From Octopus vulgaris (lineage: Eukaryota): a stretch of 64,000 bases of DNA. Positions 1-12,460 of this stretch are shown piece after piece. Position 1 is the first letter of the stretch; the number at the start of each line of letters is the position of its first letter. The notes beneath the pieces were generated by a model. That model worked only from the letters and a program-made list of their open reading frames with translations. It was not told the origin of the DNA and searched no databases. Where the stretch lies: assembly GCA_951406725.2 (NCBI GenBank), contig OX597817.1, positions 143,468,001 to 143,532,000 of the forward strand. Reading direction: 5' to 3'. A program made the position numbers and the translations under genes.

Positions 1-655
1 TGAAAATCAGACAAGGTTGGAATTCTTTTTATTAATATATTCTTCTATACACAATCACACACACCCATATATATATATATCTATATATATATATATATGC
101 ATATATATAAGGCAGAATTTGAACTCAGAATGTAACAGCAGACAAAATACCGGAATTTGAACTCAGAATGTAACAGCAGACAAAATACCGCTTCTGCCAG
201 CTCACCACCTTAAGTTTCCCGCCAGCTCACCAGCCATAGAGTTTCTATCTGCCAATTTCATTCACAAGGCACTGGTCTACACAAGGCTATAGCTGAAGCT
301 GAACCTAATACTATGTATTCAGGTGAAGGTGGCTCTGAACCTCATGCCTATATATATATATACAGTCAAAAATTGTGAAGCATGACTGTCAACACTACTA
401 CATGAACCCGAAGATTGCAGAATTCAATGCATGAAAGTACTAGTTCAATCAGAATGAATATTTAACATTCTACTATTTCATTTTATTTTATTCAATTATA
501 ATATATTATCTTATAATATATCATTATAAGATTGTAAATAAAACGTGAAAATCAGACAAGGTTGGAATTCTTTTTATTAATATATTCTTCTATACACAAT
601 CACACACACCCATATATATATATATCTATATATATATATATGCATATATATAAGG

Positions 656-809
656 CAGTGGTTCCCAATCTGTGGTCTGCAAAGGGAGTACAGGGGGGTC
701 CATGAACATATTAAGCTGACAGACTTTTCAATATCCTGGGGTCCATGGGAAAACTCATTTAAATAAAAAGGGGTTGTTGGTTTGGTAATGAAAAGGTTGG
801 GAACCACTG
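656..809. mobile_element. hAT (Charlie-type) MITE
   Basis: TIR CAGTGGTTCCCAA / TTGGGAACCACTG; 8-bp TSD ATATAAGG / TTATAAGG. Confidence 0.85.
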
Positions 810-1071
810 TTATAAGGTAACATTCCCTTTGACCAAATATGTTTACATGGAAGATGAAAAACAAAGGATCCTGCTTGTATGACAAGGACACTCATTTACA
901 ACCAACATGCAATGTCGACACACACACACACACATGTGTGTATATAAAAGAAAACTTCTCAAACACAGCCAAAACAGACAATGGAGTTGGGTGCAGCCTC
1001 CGGCCTTACTAATGCTTGTCAAACCATACAACACATGGCAACATTGAAAACGGATGTTAAATGATGATGAT

Positions 1072-1105
<34 letters not shown>

Positions 1106-1108
<3 letters not shown>

Positions 1109-1516
1109 TTTTACTTGTTTCAGTCATTTGACTGCGGCCATACTGGAGCACCACCTTTATAGTCAAGTAAATCGACCCCAGAGCTTATTCTTTGTAAACC
1201 TAGTACTTAATCTATCGATCTCTTTTGCTGAACCGCTAAGCTATGGGGATATAAACACACCACCATCGGTTGTAAAGCGATGCTGGAGGGACAAACAGAC
1301 ACAAAAACATATACATATACACTCACATACATATATATATACGCACACACACACACTTACGACAGGCTTCTTCCAGTTTCCGTCTACCAAATCCACTCAC
1401 AAAGCTTAGTAGAGGCTATAGTAGAAGACACTTGCTCAAGGTGCCACACAGTGGGACTGAACCCAGGACCATGTGGTTGGTAAGCAAGCTACTTACGAAA
1501 CAGCCACTCCTGCGCC
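1106..1516 (-). mobile_element. tRNA-derived SINE family A (CORE-like block, internal microsatellite), full length
   Basis: Head GGCGCAGGAGTGGCTG..., B-box GGTTCAGTCCC, CACCTTGAGCAAGTG block, internal (TA/TG)n, tail GACTGAAACAAGTAAAAGAA. Many copies in the window. Confidence 0.85.
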
Positions 1517-1678
1517 TTATATATCATCGTTTAATGTCTGCTTTCCATGCAGACATGGATTGGACAATATATATATATATATATATATACATATTACATC
1601 ACCAGCTGCTATTAAAGCCAGATTTTTTGTGGTAAATCAAACTGAACACTCATAGTAGATTACTATTATATTACATTA

Positions 1679-2069
1679 CTAGCAGTATCACCCGCCGTTG
1701 CTCAATTTGTTTCGACCCTTTAGAATTGGAATTTTTGTAAAGTAAAAATTTTGCATTATGTAGCCTGTTATTCTTTTTAATTGAACATTTTTCTGGTTGA
1801 AATACACCGAAAAATGACAACACAGCAGTCAAAAAATCGTAAAAAATAGGGATTTTCATAGAAAAAAAGCACCTTTTTGATGTAAATAATTTTTGGTCTT
1901 AACATGGTCCAATTTGAATTTTATCTTTTACGGGAGGAAGAGCAAGCCTTCTTCTATCATACTCTCAATTTTGGTCAACTTGCGCCACAGGGTCTTAGAG
2001 GAGATAGTGTTAGTTGAAGGCTACCAAACCTGCCACACACAGACAACTTCAGCTTTATATATATAAAGA
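1679..2069 (-). mobile_element. Non-autonomous Helitron
   Basis: Minus strand A|TCTTTATATAT...GAGCAACGGCGGGTGATACTGCTAG|T: 5' TC, 3' CTAG, GC-rich subterminal hairpin remnant, AT target. Confidence 0.75.
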
Positions 2070-3403
2070 TTTGATGAAAACTCCTTTTGCACGCACACAC
2101 ACACATGCACATACATCATAATTTATCAGGCAATTGTCTTTGAAATACTATTAAATGTTGTATCTCTAATAGATTACATCTTTGGTTGTGTTTCATAATA
2201 ACAGTCTTACATGTAACATAAAGCAATGATGACGGTGATGACGACACATGACAAGAATAAATATCAATTAAGAAAAGCCAAGTGTAAACATGTTGGCAAT
2301 AACGGATGCAACAGTTTGAGAAATTCGTCTTTGACAAGAAACAAACACTTCACCATTTGTTTCTTAGCAGGATTGTTTGTTTGTTTCTTTATTTCATTAA
2401 ACCCTTCTTATTCCAACCTGCCAGAGACCATCCTTAATTCTTTGATAGAAACTTCCTGTTTTAAAGTGAGCTAAATTTAAATTGTCCTTCAAAATTCCAT
2501 GTTTGGTTATGTTCCAAACAACAGTTTCATAATAACAAAGCTATTTTAATATATTCTTTAGGAATTGTTTTTGAAAATTAATTGAAAGAAAGGCAGTGTT
2601 TTCCACCAGAAGAATGGTAACAAAACGCTTAACTCAAAACATACTTAACCCTTCAGTATTCAAATTATTCTGTCAAATGTAATATTTATTTATTTATTCA
2701 CATGGTTTCAAATTAATCATGCATCATCTTGTACTTTTGGGATTTCAATGATGTAATTCTTTATATTTTGAATCACATTGTAGGGTTGGTGTGAGAGGCT
2801 GGATCTGGCTAGTTTGAACATAAAACAGGTAGAATATTTGGGTTGGATACGGTTGGTTTAAAAGCCAAGAGGTTAAAAGTTGAAATATTTGGTCCTTAAC
2901 TTTGCTTCAACATGACTTCGATCACAAACCATAAATGTCATCATCCTCATCATCAGCGTTTAACATCCATTTTCCATGCTGGCATGGATTGGATGATTCA
3001 ACTGGGGTCTGGGAAGCCAGGAGGCTGCACCAGGCCCCAATCTGATCTGACAGTATTTCTACAGCTGGATGCCCTTCCTAACGCCAAACACTCCGTGAGT
3101 GTAGTGAGTGCTTTTTACGTGCCACTGCACAAGGACCAGAGGAGCTCGCATTGGCCACGATCAGATGATGCTTTTTACATGCCACGAAAATATATATTGA
3201 AACAATATCATCATCAATATTTAGAGTCCAGTTTTCCATGCTTGCATGGGTCAGGCAAAATTTGATGAAGCAGACTTTCTACAGCTGGACACCCTTACTG
3301 TCACCAACCCTCACCTGCTTCCAAGCAAAGGTAATATACTTCCCCACGGCCAGACACGTTTTTCACAGAAAACTGAAAAAGAACAACATCACTGGCTTAC
3401 AAT

Positions 3404-3522
3404 CAGGGCTGTGGAGGTGGAGTCATGGAGTCAGAGTCAGTAAAATAGACCACATCGGAGTCAGAGTCGGAGGTGCCAATAGTAGCGGAGTTGGAGTTTT
3501 TCGTTTCAACTCCACGGCCCTG
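3404..3522. mobile_element. hAT-type MITE with GGAGTC subrepeats
   Basis: TIR CAGGGCTGTGGAG / CTCCACGGCCCTG; TSD CTTACAAT / CTTATAAT. Partial second copy at 8615-8650. Confidence 0.85.
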
Positions 3523-4644
3523 CTTATAATCATCACAAGATGTCAAGACAAAGGTACGCATATACATGCACACACATGCAGGTGCACACGCAATACACAC
3601 ACGACGGGCTTCTTTCATCTCCATATACAAATCCAATCATAAGGTTTTAGTGAGCTCAGGACTATAGAAGACGCCCAAGGTGCCAGACAGTGGGACTGAA
3701 CCCAAGACCACACAACTTGGAAGCAAACTTCTTAACCACATAACTATGCTTGCAGTTATTTTTTTTTTAAATGTATTTTAAAAAAATATACATGAAAAAC
3801 AAAAAATCTCTTAATTTGATTGCCTTGAGTTCACGTTAGTGCATTGGTGTTTAAAGAAAACAAACACAATTAAAAACGATTTAAAAAGATGATGATTGGC
3901 ACATAAGACACTGGAACGTATAATAATCTCAGTTTCAGGAACAGAGAAACGGTTCGGTGAGGTTAATCATTTTGAATTCACACAAATCACAGCTGCTACT
4001 TCCTTCTCCTCCTCCTCCTCCTCCTCCATATTGTCTTGTAAATTCAGTGTTGTAAAACTGTAGTAAGTATGAGGTGAACCAGGTTAAGTTCTCTGCCAAG
4101 ATGTCATGGCACTTAATGTAATCATTTCCGGAAGTTGGCACGAACAACAAAATCCAGATTCTTAAATGAAAGAATTGTGAATTGAATAAATAAACTAAAA
4201 TAGAAAAAAAAAAAAAAAACTACTAAAACTGCCAACCCAACCAACCAACCAACCAACCAACCAAACATGTCCACCAAGCAAATAATAATTTGAACTGCAA
4301 GCAACTGGCCAATGAGTTCCTTCGGTAAAGGACGCTGCTAATAGTAAACTACACCCGACGCACACACTAACGACACGTCCAACAAGCTGTCATTAACAAC
4401 ACAAACAAGTCGTACCATTCCGACATCAGAATATACAATAAACCAAAGTATATCATAAGTGAACCACACATTGCCAAATATGTCTCTACTAACACAGAAA
4501 ATGAATACAAGCTATTATGGTAGGATACAACAGGATGTAATCCAAACTCAAAACCGTATGCTATATACAACAGGAACCACAAAGGGGAAATACAGAACAG
4601 GCTTGGCCTCAATAATCAAGATGTTTTTGTTGTTGTTGTTATTA

Positions 4645-5000
4645 TTACTTCTGCCTGAGTGAAGGCGGAAGTATTGTTTTCAGTCATGTTTGTTTGCCTG
4701 TGGACAAGATATCTTAAGAATCGCTGCATGAATTCATATGAAACTTTCAGGGATATTTGGCCTCAAGACGCACAAACTGATTAGATTTTGGGATCAATCT
4801 GGTACCGGACAAGGATTCTGGATTATTTTTCCTGTTTTTGTTTTTTTTACTTAATTTTTGAGAGCGGTCAGTTTCATTTTTAGTATTCTTGTTTGTGAGA
4901 ACATTCAAGTTTATTTCAGATATTCTCATTTTAAAAAGTCATCTCTGGCTAATCGTTGTGAGGACGTTGGCAGAGGTTGGCACTCTCTGAGTGCTCTTGT
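4645..5000 (+). mobile_element. Helentron-associated (DINE/HINE-like) element
   Basis: Subterminal IR ACTTCTGCC...GGCAGAGGT, 5' hairpin ACTTCTGCCT/AGGCGGAAGT, (GTTT)n, 3' stem-loop GCACTC-tct-GAGTGC; T-rich flanks. Confidence 0.65.
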
Positions 5001-5597
5001 TATTATTATCTTATTGTGGTGAGTCGGCAGAGTTTTTAGCATGCTGGGCAAAGTGCTTAGTGAAATTTCATGTCTTTACATTCTGATGGTTAACTTTGCC
5101 TTTCGTCCTTTGCAGGGTCAATAAGTACAAGTACAGGGGTCTTTTAAATCAACTTAGCCCTTCCCCCAAAACTGCTGACCTTGAGCCAAAATTTGAAACC
5201 ATGATTATTATTATTATTATGATTATTATTATTATTATTTCTTTTCTTTTTTTTGACACAGGTGTGGCTGTGAGGTTAAGAAGTTTGTTTGCCAACCACA
5301 TGGTTTCTGGTTCAATCTCCATGAATGGCACCTCCAGCCAGTGTCTTTTATTATAGCCCTGGGTCAACCACTGTCTTGTGAGTGAATTTCAGAGAGAAAA
5401 TGAAAGAAAAACCAACATATATATATATATATATATCTGCCAGATGGTTGGTGTTAGGAAGGGTATCCAGCAGTAAAAACCATGCCAAGACAGACACACA
5501 AGCTTGATGCAAGTTTATGCCTGGCCAGCTCCTGTCAAACCCATGGAAGGCAGACGCTAAACAATGATGATGATCATTATATATATATATATATATA

Positions 5598-5970
5598 CTA
5601 GCAGAGATACCTGGCGTTGATCGGGGTTAAAATGGCATAATCTTTTATTGTTTGTTTCGGTCATGTGACTGCAGCCATGCTGGAGCACCACTTCTAGTCA
5701 AAGAAATTGACCCCAGGATTTATTCTTTGTTGGCCTAGTACTTATTCTATTGGTCTCTTTTGCCAAACCACCAAATTACTGAAATAGTGTAACAGATAAC
5801 AGATTACTCTGGGCTCACATTTAGGCAAGAAGTTGAAAATTTTTTTTTTTTGCTCATGACATTGCATGGATCCTAAAGTAAGGCATGTGTAAAATTTGAA
5901 TGAAAATTGTTTGGGTAGTTCTCAAGTTTTAGGGATTTACAGACAGACAGACATTCTCAGTTTCATATGT
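5598..5970 (-). mobile_element. Non-autonomous Helitron interrupted by a SINE A fragment (5641-5780)
   Basis: 3' end CCCGATCAACGCCAGG...CTGCTAG|T on the minus strand; (TGTC)n near the 5' end. Confidence 0.6.
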
Positions 5971-6134
5971 TAAAATGGGTCATAGGGATAGGGTCCTCAG
6001 GCACCTCCTCCACAGGGTCCTATCAGAAGTAACCATCATTACACTTTCTAGCTGGATTCTCAACTGTAACCAACTGAGATTATGGATATTTTCCAACCAT
6101 CTGGTTCTTAGTCTGGCTCAGCTTCAGGAATATA

Positions 6135-6497
6135 TTCTTTTACTTGTTTCAGCCATTTGACTGCAGCCATACTGGAGCAGTGCCTTTAGTCGAGCAAATC
6201 AACCCCAAGACTTATTCTTTGTAAGCCTAGTACTTATGGGTCTCTTTTGCAAACTGCTAAGTTATGGGGACATAAACGCACCAGCATTAGTTGTCAAGTG
6301 ATGTTGGGGGACAAACACAGACACACACATATATATACGACAGGCTTCTTTCAGTTTCCATCTACCAAATCCACTCACAAGGCTTTGGTTGGCCCAAGGC
6401 TATAGTAGAAGACACTTGCCCAAGGTGCCACACAGTGGGACTGAACCCAGAACCATGTTGCTAAGCAAGCTACTTACCACACAGCCACTTCTGCACC
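6135..6497 (-). mobile_element. SINE family A
   Basis: Collinear with 1106-1516. Confidence 0.85.
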
Positions 6498-8384
6498 TAT
6501 ATATATATATATATATATATGCACACTATGTCTCCTGTGTGTATGTGTGACCTTGTCTTAACATCGTGTAATAGTTGTAAATGAGTACCACTGTCATACA
6601 TACAGTGTCATTCATTTCCACTATCCCATAAGAAAGAACATGTCTGGCCATGGGCGAAAAAAATTACTTCACAGGTGAAGGTTAGCAACAGGAAGGACGT
6701 CCAGACACAGAAATCGGCCTCAATGAACTCCCTGTGAGCCACAGAGAAATGGAAAAGTGGACATTGTAACGATGATGATGATGATGATGAAATCACATGC
6801 ATATTGTAGAAGTATATAAGGTTTGTATAAGGCTGGCCACAGTGTGTGTGACAGTGAGACAGACAGACAGACAGACAGAGATAGAACAGAGACATCAACC
6901 ATATCACATGTTCAGCTGAAGAGAACTAGTTCACAAGCAACTCATAAAGACCCTTTTATATTAATAGTCCTAAATATTCACCTAAAGAAAAACAGCTGTT
7001 GAATGTGTGTGTGTGTGTGTGTGTGTGTGTAGGTGAATGTATGTGTACACATGTATATGTATGTGTGTATATATGTATGTATATTGGTTTGCATACGTAT
7101 GGATGTATGTACATATTTTTGTGAGTATCCAAGCACACACGCACACACACACGCACACACACACACACGCATACATACAGCATTGCAAAATACCAAAAAT
7201 CCAGATAAGGATCGATGAACCAGTGCACATTACAGAAATCTTCAACAAATTGAGGCAGGAGAAGTCTTCATAAATAAGAGTCTTTCATGCCACAGTTGCA
7301 GAAAGGAAAAAAAAAACAAAAATGTCCAAAAATATCAGGATTTGAATTGTATACACAACCAGTCACGAGAAAACTTAGGTATGTGCACAGATACACTCAC
7401 ACAGTGTGTTTTTTTTTTGAAAAGGCTGTCCTAGCAATAGGCCAATTAACCATACATCCGGCAGCAGGAATATTGCTGTGAAACTATAAAGGAGCCTATT
7501 TAATCAAGGCAGAGAGGGGGGAAGGGAGGAAGGGAGAGAGAAAGAGAGGAAGGGGGAGAGAGAGAGAGGAAGGGAGAGAGAAAGAGGAAGGGAGAGAGAA
7601 AGAGGGAACAATCTAAAAACAAAAAAAAGATTAGAGGTTGGCACGCTTGTGTGTGAGCGCACATGTGTGCATATGAATGTGTGCATATGAATGTGTGCAT
7701 GCGTGTTAGTGTGTGTGTGTGTGTGTGGGTGGGTGTGAGAATATCTACGTGTGTGGGTGGATGTGAGTGTATGTGTGTATGCGCCTATATGTGCATGTGC
7801 TTGTGGGTTGGTGGGTGGGTGGTTGCTAGTGTGTATCTGTAAGTAGGTGCACGTGTATGTGTATATGTGCATGTGAATGTGTGTGGGTGGACAAGTGCAT
7901 ATGTGTGTGTGTGTGTGTATGTGTGTGGGTAAGTATGTTATTAATTAGCAAATTAAGACTGACATTGTACAAGCAGAGTAAAGGAGGCGATGTCTGTATC
8001 CTGTCACCAATGCTACATCTCACTGTTTCATGACCAACACACTCAACTCTCAGCAGTCTACTTAGCTGTAAGTGGGTACCACAAAATGAAACGGTCCACT
8101 ACAGTAAACAACATTACAAACTAAAGATTTTTTTTTTTTGTTAGCCCCAATTACTAGAATCAGTTCTTCCGGTCGATTTGGGATAGAAGTGGTGAGAATG
8201 TTTGCTTCCCAACAACATGGTTCCAGGTTCAATCTGACAGCATGGCACCTTAGGCAAGTGTCTTCTATAGCCTCAGACCTACCAAAGCCTTGTGAACGGA
8301 TCTGGTAGGCGGAAACTGAATGAAGCCTGTCATGTGTATGTGCTTCTATCTGTGTTTCTCTCTCCCACTACCACTAGATAACCA

Positions 8385-8597
8385 GGCGGCGAGCTGGCAG
8401 AAACGTTAGCACGTCGGGCGAAATGCTTAGCATTCTGAGTTCAAATTCTGCCGAGGTCAACTTTGCCTTTCATCCTTTCAGGGTCGATAAATTAAGTACC
8501 AGTTACGCACTGGGGTCAATGTAATTGACTTAATCCCTTTGTCTGTCCTTGTTTGTCCCCTCTATGTTTAGCCCCTTGTGGGCAATAAAGAAATAAG
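8385..8597 (+). mobile_element. tRNA-derived SINE family B nested in a family A copy
   Basis: GGCGGCGAGCTGGCAGAAACGTTAGC head, GAGTTCAAAT B-box, GCCTTTCATCCTTTC.GGGTCGATAAATTAAGTACCAG central domain, tail GCCCCTTGTGGGCAATAAAGAAAT. Other copies at about 23799-23990, 24240-24455(-), 38238-38398, 41530-41740, 41850-42060, 44365-44580(-), 47800-47995(-), 60461-60845 (two), 61040-61235. Confidence 0.85.
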
Positions 8598-9513
8598 TGT
8601 TGATGTGTTTACATCAGGGCTGGGGAGTCGGAGTCAAAGTCAGTAAAGCTTAATGCTTGGTGTGAGTCTTGCTGTGGATACACCCTCCTAAAAAAAAAAT
8701 GGGGAATAGGCCTGGGTATATGTACATGTATGTGCAGACAAGGAACTGGAATTTTGGAAGCTACAGACTTGGGAAATAGTTTGGGGGATTACAAACTGGA
8801 AACTAGGTTTTCAGGTACTCTTCAGAATGGTATTAAAATGGAGTTGAATAGAGTAGTGAGAAATTCCCCAGTGATCACAGCTTGTAACCTAATTTTGATT
8901 CAATGCCTCATACAGAAAAGTACGATTATCACAACTTCTGCTTTATTCTCCTTTAACATTTTATGCTTAATGTTTTGCAGGAATAAATAAGAATACTTAT
9001 TCAAATGGTTACCAATGATCACTCAGTCTGTTGTTAGCGAGGCCCATGAAACCTATCACTATCTGTTCTTCTCTCTCACCAACCTAATTTATAGGTTTGT
9101 CAACTCAGACTTCAGTACCAAACTGCTAAAGGCACAGCTGCTGACCTGTACTCCAAACACCCAGTTTTTGTCCGTGCTCTACCAAAGGCTTATTTGTTAT
9201 TCTTTACATCTGATCACCAATCAGTATCCCAAAAGACCCAGAAATCAATCTGAGTTCTTCTATAAAGACCCAGTTGCCAGTCTGTATCACAAAAGATTTA
9301 GTTCCCAGCCTGAACCTAAAGATCCAGCTCCCAGTTTGTAACCTAAACAAAAGGCCAAGTTTTTCGGTCTTTGACCTCCAAAAATCCAGTTCCTAATCTG
9401 CACCTCCAAACAACCAATTCTTTAGCACCCAACCTATTCAACAACCAAAAGAATGATGTTATGACGTACATTAAAGTTAAGCTAATAGCTGCACAACAGT
9501 TCAAATGGATATA

Positions 9514-10774
9514 CAGGGGTTGGACAAAATAATGGAAACACCTAGTATCATAATTTTGAAATATCTGTAAAACCACCAAAAGCTTGTTTATTTTTATGTT
9601 TTTTTTTTTATTTATCATTAGTGTTGCTTAATATGTTTTGTTAAAATTGCTGTTTCTTTTCAGATATCATCAGAAAAAGGTAATTAAAATTCATTAAAAT
9701 TACAGATCTATCGGACTTTCGAAGAGGTCAAATTGTTGGTGCTCGTATGGCAGGCGCGAGCGTAGCGAAAACAGCTGAAATGTTTGGTGTATCAAGAAGT
9801 ACTGTCTCGAAAGTAATGACAGCCTTTGAGAAAGAGGGAAAAACCTCATCGTCAAAACAAAACTCCGGCAGAAAACCAAAACTTTCAGATAGGGACCGTC
9901 AGACACTTATGCGAATTGTTAGAAAGGATCACAAAAGTACAGCTTCCAAAATTACTGCAGAGCTTAATGACCACCTCGAGAAACCAGTTTCCACAAAAAC
10001 TGTTCGCCGGGAGCCGCACAAAGCCAGATTTCACAGTAGGGCTGCAATCAGAAAACCACTACTTTCAAAAACAAACACTGCAAAGTGTTTAGAGTGGAGT
10101 GAAAACCTACAGAATTGGTTCCTAGAGCAACAGAAGAATGTTATTTTCTCGAACGAGTCATCCTTTATCCTATTTCCGACCAGCGTCCGAGTATACATGT
10201 GGAGACAGCCAAAAGCAGCATTTGACCCAAACTTTCTTCTTACAACTGTTAAACATGGAGGTGGATCAGTGATGATCGGTGGGGGTGGGGGAATATACCC
10301 TGGAAATCTGCCAACCCAATGGTTTCCCTTCGTGGCAGAATTAATAGTCAAGACTATTTAAGCATTTTATCTGATCAAATCCAACTTATGGCTGCAGAAC
10401 TGTTTCCGGAGGGAAATGTAATCTTTCAGGATGATAATGTACCAATTCACACAGCTAAAGTTGCTACTGAATGGCATAAGGAACATTCTAGTGAAGTTGA
10501 ACATCTTATATGGCCACCACAGTCTCCAGATCTCCATATTATTGAACATTTATGGTGCATTTTAGAAAAACAAGTAAGGAATCAATACCACTCCACCATC
10601 ATCATTACAGGAACTGGAGACTGTTTTAGCTGAAGAATGAACAAAAATTCCTTTGGAATGAATTCAAACTTCGTAGAATTCAAGCTGTAATTACTATCAA
10701 AGGCGGTCCTACCCCATATTAAAATTAATTTGTTTGAAATTTTAAGGGGTTTCCATTATTTTGTCCAACCCCTG
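9514..10774 (+). mobile_element. Full-length defective Tc1-family DNA transposon (1261 bp, DD36E spacing)
   Basis: TIR CAGGGGTTGGACAAAATAATGGAAAC at 9514 with its exact reverse complement ending 10774. TA on the left, CA (mutated TA) on the right. Transposase inside. Confidence 0.95.
9699..10720 (+). pseudogene. Tc1 transposase pseudogene
   Basis: Start decayed to ATT (9699), then TDLSDFRRGQIVGARMAG, HTH/GRKPKL, VIFSNES (first catalytic D changed to N), TVKHGGGSVM, frameshift in the G-run near 10280, FQDDN...WPPQSPDLHIIE, and a further frameshift near 10590. Confidence 0.92.
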
Positions 10775-11231
10775 CATGTGTAGTTGATTATATTCAACCC
10801 AAAAGGATGAACAGAAGAGTTGAATGAGATTTGAACTCAGAATATAAAAGGACATAACCAAATACCACAAAGTATTTCATTCCATACTTTTAACAAATTT
10901 GCCATTCGTCTCAATTTATGTAGTGCTTTTGTTGACAATACATCATCATCATCATTTAACGTCTGTTTTCCATGCTGGCATGGGTTGGACTGAAAATAAG
11001 TGGTACCTCTCGTGAGCAAAAATAAAGTTAGATTTCTCCTGTCTTTTCTCAGTGAGTTTTGATAATTTTCTTGACATAGCAAATAACACAAAGGAAATCT
11101 GGAATACGTATGAGAGAGAGTGAGAGAAAGAAAAAAGAGAAGAGGAAAAATAAAGAAAGAAAGGAAGAAACCGGGCAAAGAAAGGTAAGAAACAGGATTT
11201 GAATAAAAGAAAAATATCAAGGGTTTCTTAC

Positions 11232-12237
11232 CAAAAAACATGATTGCCAAGAACAGGAAGCTGCTGCCAGATCCATGCAAGGCTGCTAGTACAATCCCAA
11301 TTATCACACAACAAATGCCAAGCATCGAGAGAAGAATCAACACATATTTGAAAGATGTGATGGCTGTCAAGCATTTCAAGCATGGAGCTTTACAGTTCCG
11401 ATCTGTTTGTTGTGAGGAATTATTTCGGCTCCTTGTCCGGGCAGCTGGTCGAGAAGGCTGATTTACAGGGTTACGTTGCCGCTGTGCACTTCGGTCACCG
11501 TTTCTTGTCCTTACTTGTCGATCATTGCGATTTCGATGCAGATTAGGTCGAGAAATGGCAACCGGCCTGCCAACCATGTGTGAGTTAAGAATATCAGGAA
11601 GGATTTCATTGGTATTGACATTTTCACCACCATAGACCCCAGCATGCAGATCACGAGTCCTTATTGGCTGAGCGCGACCAAGCATAGGTTCATCATGGGG
11701 GCTCCAGTTTGATGGAACTAGGTCAACATCATCTTCCTGTGGGAAAGGAGGAAGTCGACCATTCCCAAGTAAATGAACACTTTCTTCCCGATTGTTCTGG
11801 TGCCCAGGGTCATCAGCAGGATTTGATCTCCCATCTGCAATATTTCCCGCAGCAGCAGCTGCTGCTGCTGCTGCCCCATTCCCCCCTCCCGAAGTCGATA
11901 ACTGAAGCCCTCCAAACTGAGCCCCACTTGCCCCTATATTATTTGGCGCTGCACTTGCAGCAGCCTGGTGAGAGTCACGGAATGGAGGGTAGACAGAAAG
12001 GCCATTGGAGCTAGAAATCACATCTGATGCCGGTTGTCTTTGGCCATCGACTCGAGCGACATTCCGCGTCGGTCGATGACGACCGGCAACTAGTGACTGG
12101 ACACTGGTCTCACCAGACACAATGTCGGGGTAGGAATTTAATGGGTGGGTTACTGGACCAGAACTGTTGGAAGAGTTCTTTTTCGGTTTGTTTCTTGCTT
12201 GGGGAGCAACAGTTTCAGTGGTCAAGGCACCTGCCAT
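11232..12237 (-). CDS. First coding exon of an uncharacterised membrane protein (335 codons + 1 nt; disordered N-terminus with poly-Ala, Cys-rich juxtamembrane segment, TM hairpin); continues in an exon not identified here
   Basis: Only long GC-richer, non-repetitive ORF in the window. ATG at 12237 (MAGALTT...) has an in-frame TGA upstream. Acceptor ttttgttgcag|G lies at 12367/12366 and donor TTTG|gtaaga at 11232/11231 (phase 1). TM1 FKYVLILLSMLGICCVIIGIVLAALH, loop GSGSS, TM2 FLFLAIMFFG cut by the intron. Read-through beyond the donor is low-complexity or repeat sequence. Confidence 0.85.
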
Positions 12238-12366
12238 TCTTGTAAGCCATACAGCAAGAATTGGATCAACAACCAAAAATCAAGGGATTTTCTTCTGACG
12301 ACAGAGTCATTTCAAGGATCTGATTCCATCAGATTCAGACATCAGCAGTAAATTGAACCAAGAATC
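12238..12366 (-). other. 5' UTR part of the same exon, containing four upstream ATGs
   Basis: Lies between the acceptor (12367) and the main ATG. uATGs at 12342, 12329, 12310 and 12250, each followed by a nearby stop. Confidence 0.65.
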
Positions 12367-12460
12367 CTGCAACAAAAATAAAAAATAATAATAATATAGT
12401 CATAATTTGGTAATATGATACAAAATATAATTTATGAAAATCATCATCATCATTTTTATC

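Noticed and set aside
4040-4130. C/D snoRNA-like boxes on the minus strand and partial miRNA-like words
   Set aside because: Imperfect C box, no terminal stem, no exact known mature miRNA or hairpin.
6956-6981. Possible next exon (tttttctttag|GTGAATAT..., giving GEYLGLLI*)
   Set aside because: Acceptor is plausible, but the product would stop within TM2 and it sits beside microsatellites; unsupported.
8730-9341. ORFs of 86 and 108 aa upstream of the Tc1
   Set aside because: No motifs or splice support; the second runs into a degenerate repeat of about 30 bp.
10837-11231. C-terminal extension of the 479-aa ORF
   Set aside because: Lies past a strong GTAAGA donor, is low-complexity and includes RTE-tail and SINE sequence; intron read-through.
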